Of a stretch of 32,000 nucleotides of DNA, positions 25,881 through 32,000 are shown piece by piece. Position numbers and translations under genes: made by a program. The stretch lies in NCBI RefSeq assembly GCF_014280175.1, contig NZ_CP047931.1, forward strand, positions 780,001 to 812,000, given 5' to 3'. The DNA is from Synechococcus sp. A15-28 (lineage in GTDB: Bacteria > Cyanobacteriota > Cyanobacteriia > PCC-6307 > Cyanobiaceae). The notes beneath the pieces were generated by a model. The model was not told the DNA's origin, did not search any database, and saw only the letters and a list, made by a program, of their open reading frames with translations. The stretch's first letter is position 1, and every line of letters starts with the position of its first letter.

Positions 25881-26894
25881 GTGATCCTCTTCATGGATGT
25901 GAACATCTGGATGATCGTCGGCTTCCTGCTGGCGGCCTATTCCGTGGTGGCCAACGACTCTCTGCAGACGTTGGGCACTTACATCTCATCGAACAAAAAG
26001 CGCACCCCGAAGGTGGTGCAGATGGTGTTCATCTGCACCGTCACCATCGTCGTTCTGATGATGGGTTGGTTCCTCAAGGATGGTGACCCGGCCTGGGGCC
26101 GCCTGAGTGTTCCCGGCAAAGAGTTCCCTCTGCCTGAGCCGTTCAACTGGGTTTACGTCCTTCCGCCCATCGCGGTGTTGGCACTCACCCAGTGGGGCGC
26201 CCCGGTGAGCACCTCGTTCCTGGTGCTGTCATCCTTCAAGCCGGCCAACATCGGCAAGCTGCTCAACAGCTCGCTGACGGGGTATTTTCTCGCCTTCTGC
26301 GTGGGCCTGGCGGCCTACGGCCTGGGCATGTGGCTGCTGGAACGCTGGGTGTTCCGCCGCACGCAGGAGGGCAAGGACTTCAACAAGGTCTGGTACGGCC
26401 TGCAGTGGTTCTCCACCGGTTTCCTCTGGAGCATGTGGCTGGTGCAGGACCTGGCGAACATCTTTGTGTTCCTGTTCCGCAAGCTGGACTTCTTCCCCAT
26501 GGCGATCTGCACGGCGGTGCTGTGCGTGGGTCTCTGCGTGCTGGTGGCCACCGGCGGTGGGCTGATCCAGGGAGTGCTGCGGTCGAAAACGAACACGTCC
26601 GACCTGCGTTCGGCCACGGTGATCGACTTCTTCTTCGGCCTCTGCCTTCTCTACAAGGCGTTCCTTTCCACCTTCCCGCTGAGCACCACCTGGGTGTTCC
26701 TGGGTCTGATCGGTGGTCGGGAAATCGCCCTACGGATCAAGAGGCAGGAATTTGAGTACGTCTTCACCAACCGCGAGAGCGGCAACCTGGGCAAGATCAT
26801 CGGGACTGATCTCTGGAAGGCCTTCGTCGGTGTGGTGGTGAGTCTCGTGATCGCGCTGAGCATCCAACCTCTTGTGCAACTCACCGGTGGTTGA
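25881..26894 (+). CDS. membrane permease, PiT (inorganic phosphate transporter)-like
   Basis: Multi-TM protein with PiT-like signatures 'VVANDSLQTLGTYISSN', 'GAPVSTSFLVLSSFK' and 'PLSTTWVFLGLIGGREIAL'. Start is TTG/ATG region near 25881-25893. Confidence 0.6.
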   Translation: MILFMDVNIWMIVGFLLAAYSVVANDSLQTLGTYISSNKKRTPKVVQMVFICTVTIVVLMMGWFLKDGDPAWGRLSVPGKEFPLPEPFNWVYVLPPIAVLALTQWGAPVSTSFLVLSSFKPANIGKLLNSSLTGYFLAFCVGLAAYGLGMWLLERWVFRRTQEGKDFNKVWYGLQWFSTGFLWSMWLVQDLANIFVFLFRKLDFFPMAICTAVLCVGLCVLVATGGGLIQGVLRSKTNTSDLRSATVIDFFFGLCLLYKAFLSTFPLSTTWVFLGLIGGREIALRIKRQEFEYVFTNRESGNLGKIIGTDLWKAFVGVVVSLVIALSIQPLVQLTGG

Positions 26895-26917
26895 AGCCCT
26901 TGGTCGCAGGTGACTGA

Positions 26918-26942
26918 AGCGGTCCTTCGGGGCCGCTTTTTT
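26918..26942 (+). terminator. Rho-independent terminator after the PiT-like gene
   Basis: AGCGGTCC-TTCG-GGGCCGCT followed by a T run; 8-bp stem with one G-U pair and TTCG loop. Confidence 0.85.
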
Positions 26943-27132
26943 ATTTGGTTTGGCCGGAAACCCACTGAATCTTCTTAAAAATAGGTTAAGACGGTTGACT
27001 TGACCGTGCCGGCCTTGTTCGGCCCAATGGCGTGAACACCTTGCGAAGATCCTGACCAGTCCACGACCCCAGCGCCGCGATGCCAGCGGCCGTTTTCAGT
27101 CCAACGGAGATCCCAAGGCGCGCCCTGTCCAG

Positions 27133-27597
27133 GTGTGGCTCAAGCCCGACGTGATCGAGCGATTGGATGCCTATTGCCTTTTTTATGGCGTTGGCCGAGG
27201 ACGGGCCATCGGCCATTTGCTTAAGGGGGCCCTCCCCGATCCCAGCTGGCTTCCTCAGCGACCGTCGTTTCTCGAGGAACCAGCGGACGGCCCAGAAGCC
27301 TGCTCCGAAACGTTGGAGGAAACGATCCCTGAAGCCGCCCCATCCCTCACGTCTGCTGCAAAGCGACCGAAGCCGTTGTTTCAGGCCGGGGATCGCATCA
27401 GCAACAACAGCGGACGACGCCTCGGGGTGATTTCAGACGAGCCACGCCAGTGGGTGGAACCGGTGCGACTTCCCAGCGGTGAACAGCGCCCCGGCCATTG
27501 GACCTACGCCGTGGCCTGGGATGGTCAGATGGGGTTGACCATCCGTTATGCCGAGGACCTGCTGCGTCCAGGGGGGCAGGAGCGACAGGCCAGCTGA
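27133..27597 (+). CDS. hypothetical protein with ribbon-helix-helix-like N-terminus
   Basis: '(V)QVWLKPDVIERLDAYCLFYGVGRGRAIGHLLKGAL...' suggests an RHH-like fold. The start is uncertain because protein-like sequence continues in frame upstream of GTG 27133. Confidence 0.55.
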   Translation: MWLKPDVIERLDAYCLFYGVGRGRAIGHLLKGALPDPSWLPQRPSFLEEPADGPEACSETLEETIPEAAPSLTSAAKRPKPLFQAGDRISNNSGRRLGVISDEPRQWVEPVRLPSGEQRPGHWTYAVAWDGQMGLTIRYAEDLLRPGGQERQAS

Positions 27598-27661
27598 GGG
27601 GCCGTGGTCATTGCCCCGGGTTCTGGCTATGGGATGAGAAGGCAGGGCCACGGAGCGATCG

Positions 27662-27979
27662 ATGATCTGGCTGCTGCTTCTGTTCATCCCCACGGCGGCC
27701 GTCGCAGCACCGCAACTGCCCCTGACTCCACAGCAGTCGATTGTTGTTGCCCACCGCTCACTGCTTGCGGCTGGTTGGCGTCCGGCACCGGATCAGAATC
27801 CATCCCCCGATGAACGCCACTGGTCGGGGGTGCGACTGGACAGCCTGTCCTCCTGTTCAGGCACCGGGGAGGGGTTCTGTCGGTTCGATTACCGGCGTCA
27901 TGGCCAGACGCTGTCGGTGGTGACGGTGCCATCAAGACCAGGTCGAGCCTCCGTTGGTCGGGTGATTCAGTGGTGGTGA
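27662..27979 (+). CDS. small secreted hypothetical protein
   Basis: Signal peptide MIWLLLLFIPTAAVAAPQ plus 'SLLAAGWRPAPDQN...SCSGTGEGFCRFDYRRHGQTLSVVTVPS'. Confidence 0.65.
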   Translation: MIWLLLLFIPTAAVAAPQLPLTPQQSIVVAHRSLLAAGWRPAPDQNPSPDERHWSGVRLDSLSSCSGTGEGFCRFDYRRHGQTLSVVTVPSRPGRASVGRVIQWW

Positions 27980-27993
27980 CCCCGGGATGGTGA

Positions 27994-28560
27994 TCAGGGG
28001 TTAAGCCGCTGTTCCCGCCAGTCATCGTCGTGGCGCCAGCGCAATCGCTGGTGAGGGTGGTGGCTGAGGTCGAGCAGCTCCACCTGCTGGATGCTGATCT
28101 GCACCACGATGAAGTGCTCCGGGATGGGTGCGTCCTCAGGAAGTTCCTGAGGGAAGGGTGCTTCGGATTGGAAGGGTTGCCCTGGATGCGGCCAGCCCCA
28201 CAGGGCACGTCCGCTGGGGGAGAGAGATCGCCACTGGGACTGGTCAGCGGCGGGAGCCACTTGTGCGGCTGCTCCCCGCAGCCGAAACTGCTGCTTGGCT
28301 TTGCTCAGCAGCCAGCAGAGTTCCACCTGGGATTGATGGGTCAGTTCTGCGGTTTTGCTGCTGCGACCATCGGTGTACAGCTCCAGTTGAGCCGCTCCGC
28401 TCCATCCCCGGAACACCAGCGTTCTCACCCTTGGGGTGCCATCGGCAGCCACGGTGGCGAGTTGCAGCCAGCGGGCACTCACCTGGCGCCCCTCGCGCTT
28501 GAGGGCACCGCGAAGTCGTTGCCGCCAGGGTGGCAGGGCTCCATCCGTTGCTGCTGTCAT
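27994..28560 (-). CDS. pyridoxamine 5'-phosphate oxidase family FMN-binding protein (Alr4036-like)
   Basis: 'FLQLATVAADGTPRVRTLVFRGW'-like segment (here LQLATVAADGTPRVRTLVFRGWSGAAQLELYTDGRSSKTAELTHQSQVELCWLLSKAKQQFRLRG), 'VVQISIQQVELLDLSHHPHQRLRW'. Confidence 0.88.
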   Translation of the reverse strand: MTAATDGALPPWRQRLRGALKREGRQVSARWLQLATVAADGTPRVRTLVFRGWSGAAQLELYTDGRSSKTAELTHQSQVELCWLLSKAKQQFRLRGAAAQVAPAADQSQWRSLSPSGRALWGWPHPGQPFQSEAPFPQELPEDAPIPEHFIVVQISIQQVELLDLSHHPHQRLRWRHDDDWREQRLNP

Positions 28561-28616
28561 GGTCTGAAATAGCTCCTCAGAACTGAAAACATGAGCTGGC
28601 AGGGTGGACTTCAGCG

Positions 28617-28874
28617 TTGATCATCACCGTGGCAGCTGAATTGAAAGAGCGTGTGGTCAGTGCGTTGCGCGCCTGCCGCAACTCGGACGATTTAGTCGCC
28701 CTGGATGAACAGCTGGCCATTGATTGTCGCGACACCTCCCTGCACCGCTTGATCTGCGATGCCCTCAGGGATCGCAGCGTGGCCCCGGTGGAAGCCGCCA
28801 ACTGGCTGACGACGCTGATGGAGCACCGCAATCAACAGCTGACGGCTTGCCTGAACCTGTCCTGCCAGGTCTGA
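28617..28874 (+). CDS. small hypothetical protein
   Basis: 85-aa ORF 'MIITVAAELKERVVSALRACRNSDDLVALDEQLAIDCRDTSLHRLICDALRDRSVAPVEAANWLTTLMEHRNQQLTACLNLSCQV', helical, filling the intergenic gap. Confidence 0.55.
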   Translation: MIITVAAELKERVVSALRACRNSDDLVALDEQLAIDCRDTSLHRLICDALRDRSVAPVEAANWLTTLMEHRNQQLTACLNLSCQV

Positions 28875-28876
28875 AG

Positions 28877-29794
28877 TCACGACAATCCAAACAGCCTGGC
28901 CTGCTCAACGGCAGCTCGAATCACGATGGCGTGCCGCCTGACCAGGGGCATCAGGTCGTCGTAACCGCCTCCAATCACCGTGGCGATGGGAATGCTTCGG
29001 CGCAGGGCGGCATCCAGCACGAGTCGATCGCGTCGTAGCAATCCCGCGTCGCTCAGCTCCAGTCGCCCAAGCCGGTCATCCCGATGGGGATCCACGCCGG
29101 CGTTGAACAACACCAGATCCGGTCGCTGCTTATCAAGCACCTGCGGGAGTCGGTCACCGATGGCCGCAAGGTAATCGTCATCTCCGGTGGCATCCTCCAG
29201 AGGAATGTCGATGTCGCTCTGCACCTTGCGCAACGGGAAATTGCTGGCGGCATGCACGGACAAGGTGGTGATGTGCGGCTCATCGGTGAAGCAGGCCGCC
29301 GTGCCATCGCCCTGATGCACATCCAGATCCACCACCAGAATCCGCTGCACCTCGCCGTTGTCCAGAAGCACCCGCGCCGCGGTAGCCACATCATTGAAGA
29401 TGCAGAAGCCGCTTCCGAAGCCGGGATGGGCGTGATGGGTTCCCCCGGCGAGGTGACAGGCGATTCCATGCTGAAGCGCCAGTCGCGCCGTCATCAAAGT
29501 TCCCCCGACGGATAACCAGGTGCGCTGCACCAGGGGCCGTGTGGCAGGAAGCCCAATTCGGCGCTGTTCCGAGCGGCTGAGTTGATCTCGGCTGAAGGCC
29601 TGGTGATAGGTGCGCTGGTGGATGCGCTCCAGATCGCGGCGGGCGATGCTGAGGGGGCGGCGGATCTGCTGGTCCTGCAGCACCTGTTCGTCAAGAAGCA
29701 AGCGCCGAAGCAGCTTGAATTTGGCCATCGGGAAGCGATGGGTCGATGGCAGGGGCGCTGAGTAGAGCTCGTGATAAACGGCGTGCAGTGTCAA
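28877..29794 (-). CDS. histone deacetylase / acetoin-utilisation (AcuC-like) superfamily protein
   Basis: 'LAGGTHHAHPGFGSGFCIFNDVATAARVLLDNG...ILVVDLDVHQGDGTAACFTDEPHITTLSVHAASNFPLRKVQSDIDIPLEDATGDDDYLAAI', 'VLFNAGVDPHRDDRLGRLELSDAGLLRRD'. The start may be at the internal M at about 29728 (MAKFKLL). Confidence 0.92.
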   Translation of the reverse strand: MTLHAVYHELYSAPLPSTHRFPMAKFKLLRRLLLDEQVLQDQQIRRPLSIARRDLERIHQRTYHQAFSRDQLSRSEQRRIGLPATRPLVQRTWLSVGGTLMTARLALQHGIACHLAGGTHHAHPGFGSGFCIFNDVATAARVLLDNGEVQRILVVDLDVHQGDGTAACFTDEPHITTLSVHAASNFPLRKVQSDIDIPLEDATGDDDYLAAIGDRLPQVLDKQRPDLVLFNAGVDPHRDDRLGRLELSDAGLLRRDRLVLDAALRRSIPIATVIGGGYDDLMPLVRRHAIVIRAAVEQARLFGLS

Positions 29795-29887
29795 GGGCTC
29801 AGTCGCGGTTGACAGGCGGCAGACACCGCTTTGAGGTCACCGAGCCATTGGAGCGCATGGGACGGGTTTAGTGACCCCATTCAAAGG

Positions 29888-30139
29888 TCAGGCCAGCTGC
29901 CGTTCCATGAGCCAGGCGTTGAAACCAATGCGATCCATTTCCTGAATGCAGTCCTGCTGTTTGCGGAGATGGCTCTGGCGAACACGCGTCAGTTGCTGCC
30001 CCTCAAGGCTGGACAGTCCAGCGGCGAGGCGTTGCTGATGGAGCACGTCCAGCTCCCGGTCGAGATGGTCCATCAGCCTCAGCAGGGAATAGCCGTGCTT
30101 GATCTCTTGCTGACTGAGCTCATTCGCAAACCCACCCAT
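29888..30139 (-). CDS. small hypothetical protein
   Basis: 83-aa ORF 'MGGFANELSQQEIKHGYSLLRLMDHLDRELDVLHQQRLAAGLSSLEGQQLTRVRQSHLRKQQDCIQEMDRIGFNAWLMERQLA', coiled/helical; AT-rich promoter-like sequence upstream. Confidence 0.65.
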   Translation of the reverse strand: MGGFANELSQQEIKHGYSLLRLMDHLDRELDVLHQQRLAAGLSSLEGQQLTRVRQSHLRKQQDCIQEMDRIGFNAWLMERQLA

Positions 30140-30382
30140 CGCCTTCTCTTAAGGATCTTTTAACTCTTGCATGCTGCGTCGCGTTGGACCCAAGGCTGAT
30201 TCGGCTGAGGGAATGGCCCGACGTGTCGCCAGGCCAGGCCTCCGCGTGTGAGGGGTGTCTCAAGCCCCGCCAGCAGCGTCCCGCCCTTGTCCCTGTAATG
30301 GGTGACAGAAGCGTGGCTAGATGTTTCACGGTGTGACCATGCCAGGACGACCCTGCATGCGTCCACGCCAGATCTGGCGCAC

Positions 30383-30409
30383 AAAAAAGCCCCATGCGAT
30401 GCACGGGGC
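30383..30409 (-). terminator. Rho-independent terminator (minus strand)
   Basis: Minus-strand reading GCCCCGTGC-ATC-GCATGGGGC-TTTTTT: 9-bp stem including one G-U pair, followed by six T. Confidence 0.8.
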
Positions 30410-30520
30410 CGGGCGATGGGGACAATTCCATTGTGCATGTTCCCGTCAACACCACATCTGTTGGTTGTCACGCTGCGGGCACCATGCTGGCTCTGGAGGG
30501 GTGCCCCAGAGCCAGTCGGT
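30383..30520 (-). ncRNA. candidate small RNA between two minus-strand terminators, downstream of tRNA-Pro
   Basis: Region with no convincing ORF. It contains a perfect 10-bp stem hairpin (30487-30515, CTGGCTCTGG...CCAGAGCCAG) and ends in its own terminator. No promoter was identified with confidence. Confidence 0.35.
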
Positions 30521-30522
30521 AC

Positions 30523-30547
30523 AAAAAAGCCGCCCGATTCGGGCGGC
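30523..30547 (-). terminator. Rho-independent terminator downstream of tRNA-Pro
   Basis: Minus-strand reading GCCGCCCG-AAT-CGGGCGGC-TTTTTT: 8-bp perfect stem and six T, 34 nt after the tRNA 3' end. Confidence 0.88.
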
Positions 30548-30581
30548 TGCACTGCCAGTTGGGATCTGGCGTCTCGTGGCA

Positions 30582-30655
30582 TCGGGGAGACAGGATTCGA
30601 ACCTGCGGCATCTTGCTCCCAAAGCAAGCGCGCTACCAAACTGCGCCACTCCCCG
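30582..30655 (-). tRNA. tRNA-Pro (anticodon TGG)
   Basis: Minus strand: CGGGGAGTGGCGCAGTTTGGTAGCGCGCTTGCTTTGGGAGCAAGATGCCGCAGGTTCGAATCCTGTCTCCCCGA. 7-bp acceptor stem, TTTGGGA anticodon loop, GGTTCGAATCC T arm; no encoded CCA. Confidence 0.96.
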
Positions 30656-30676
30656 GACGCACATCAAGATTAGCGC

Positions 30677-31072
30677 CTAGCCCATGTCCAGCAGGTAGTG
30701 GACCACCGCAGCTCGGCGGTCTGCATGGACGCCATCGCCTTCGATGCTGCCGCACACCTCATCGGGCACTCGGTGGATGCGGGTGAGTGATTTCAATTCG
30801 TAGGTCTCACCCTCCGTTGGCCCGCCATCCGTGCTGCGGTCCCAGATCTGCTGAGCATCGCCGCGGTAGTGCCCAACGATCTGTCCCAGGTGGGCAAAGG
30901 TGTTTGCCCCGCTGCGGCAGACGATGATGGCCAGACAGGCATCGAACTCATCGGTGGAGAGTTGGTTGATGCTGTCCATGACAGCTCGCTCCTCCATCCC
31001 CAGAACCATGTTCTCAAGGGCGCAGCTGCCCTCGTACAGCCAGCTGCGAACGGTGATTCCGATGAGGGTCAT
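30677..31072 (-). CDS. hypothetical protein (likely starts at an internal Met)
   Basis: ORF with protein-like region 'MEERAVMDSINQLSTDEFDACLAIIVCRSGANTFAHLGQIVGHYRGDAQQIWDRS...EVCGSIEGDGVHADRRAAVVHYLLDMG'. Confidence 0.6.
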   Translation of the reverse strand: MTLIGITVRSWLYEGSCALENMVLGMEERAVMDSINQLSTDEFDACLAIIVCRSGANTFAHLGQIVGHYRGDAQQIWDRSTDGGPTEGETYELKSLTRIHRVPDEVCGSIEGDGVHADRRAAVVHYLLDMG

Positions 31073-32000
31073 GGGGTCAGGGTGGAGAGATGCTGGGCCA
31101 GATTCACGCCGCTGCGGATTGCACCTTCAGCACGGCCGAAACCTGGGCCATCGACGTAATCCCCGCAGAAGCCCACCCCACTGGCATCACACCACTGCAG
31201 CGCTGGAGGCAAGGGGTGATCAATCGGTTGGGAGGCCCCCCAGCGCATCACACCGAGCGACTCAGCTCGCTCACAGGCGCTTTGCAGTTCGGGCCACGCC
31301 TTCAGCAGTTCTGGCAGCAATTGCCTCAACCGCTGCTCCTCCTGTTTCAGCAGAACCGGCTGGGTTTCGGGGGTGATCGTTTTGCCGGAGTCGAGGCCGT
31401 GCACCACCAATCCGGTCCGGTTGTCGGCTTGCGGGTGCAGCACGAGGCGCTCCACCCGCCAGTGGGCCTGGGCCTCGGGGGTGAGCCAGATCTGTCTTGG
31501 GTACTGGTCGCCGTTCAGGGGCAGATCGAGCATCAGGTTCCAGCGCACCTCTGCCCGACTCAGGGCCAGTGTTTCCAGGGCCTGATCCAGTTCAGGGTCC
31601 TGGCCCGCAGGAACCGCCTCCCGCAACGGCACCTGTCGCCAGTCGAGCATGGCCAGGGAGCGGGGATGGGCGAGCAGGCTGCCGCTCAGCACCAGTCGCC
31701 TCCCCCGCAGTTGCCAGTCGCTGCCTTCCTGAACGACGCACCAGTGGTCTCCATCCCGCTGCAACGTGCGGACCCGTCGTCCGAAATGTTGCGACAACGC
31801 TCCATCGTTCATCGCCAGCAAGGCCTCGCAGAGGCTGGCCATGAACGGCTCACCCTCCAGCCACGCGCGATCCGCGGGGCCACCCGACCGACTGATCGAC
31901 CCATCCGTGTCCACTGACATCACCGCACCTTTGGCCTGACGCAGCACACCGTTATCCCGCAACGGGTCCAGCAAGGACTGGACTGACTCAGCCAGTGGAT
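31069..32000 (-). CDS. FAD-dependent oxidoreductase, renalase/amine-oxidase-like, C-terminal part (5' end outside window)
   Basis: 'WLEGEPFMASLCEALLA...GRRVRTLQRDGDHWCVV' and terminal FAD-binding 'SGVGFCGDYVDGPGFGRAEGAIRSGVNLAQHL'. The frame runs on past 31974 to the window edge. Confidence 0.8.
   Translation of the reverse strand, partial: PLAESVQSLLDPLRDNGVLRQAKGAVMSVDTDGSISRSGGPADRAWLEGEPFMASLCEALLAMNDGALSQHFGRRVRTLQRDGDHWCVVQEGSDWQLRGRRLVLSGSLLAHPRSLAMLDWRQVPLREAVPAGQDPELDQALETLALSRAEVRWNLMLDLPLNGDQYPRQIWLTPEAQAHWRVERLVLHPQADNRTGLVVHGLDSGKTITPETQPVLLKQEEQRLRQLLPELLKAWPELQSACERAESLGVMRWGASQPIDHPLPPALQWCDASGVGFCGDYVDGPGFGRAEGAIRSGVNLAQHLSTLTP

Noticed and set aside
30120-30680. Several ORFs over the tRNA-Pro region (e.g. 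30160-30639, 30302-30673, 30321-30680)
   Set aside because: They read through the tRNA and the terminator hairpins. One contains the well-known spurious translation 'GDRIRTCG/GRQDSNLRHL' from antisense tRNA sequence.

Overview
The window looks like core chromosome from a GC-rich marine picocyanobacterium, probably Synechococcus-like. I infer this from protein families and codon/GC character; no database search was run. Coding density is high. Recognisable content, left to right: SulP-family transporter C-terminus (partial); four-gene polar amino-acid ABC transporter operon; AEC-family permease; AlkB-like dioxygenase divergent from an SGNH/GDSL hydrolase; metY-metA operon; SLT transglycosylase; minus-strand group with a DOMON-like protein, a NahK-like phosphotransferase and a large uncharacterised dehydrogenase-like protein; glutathione S-transferase; Rieske/PaO-like oxygenase; probable glucosylglycerol-phosphate phosphatase; arsenosugar radical SAM protein ArsS; standalone SepF-like domain; two adjacent DUF3721-like proteins, one with seven decapeptide repeats; Fur-family regulator; DUF3764 / Trp-rich / metallophosphoesterase overlap group; 2OG-Fe(II) oxygenase; L,D-transpeptidase-like secreted protein; PiT-like permease; PNPOx-family protein; histone-deacetylase-family protein; tRNA-Pro(TGG); and an FAD-dependent oxidoreductase (partial). 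I saw no CRISPR array, transposase, integrase, phage module, rRNA or obvious defence/toxin system. The most worthwhile leads are the decapeptide-repeat/DUF3721 pair, a structured two-terminator intergenic region downstream of tRNA-Pro, a membrane-anchored Val/Gly-rich repeat protein, a 30-aa putative single-TM microprotein, and the uncharacterised 504-aa protein in the 12.3-15.6 kb cluster.
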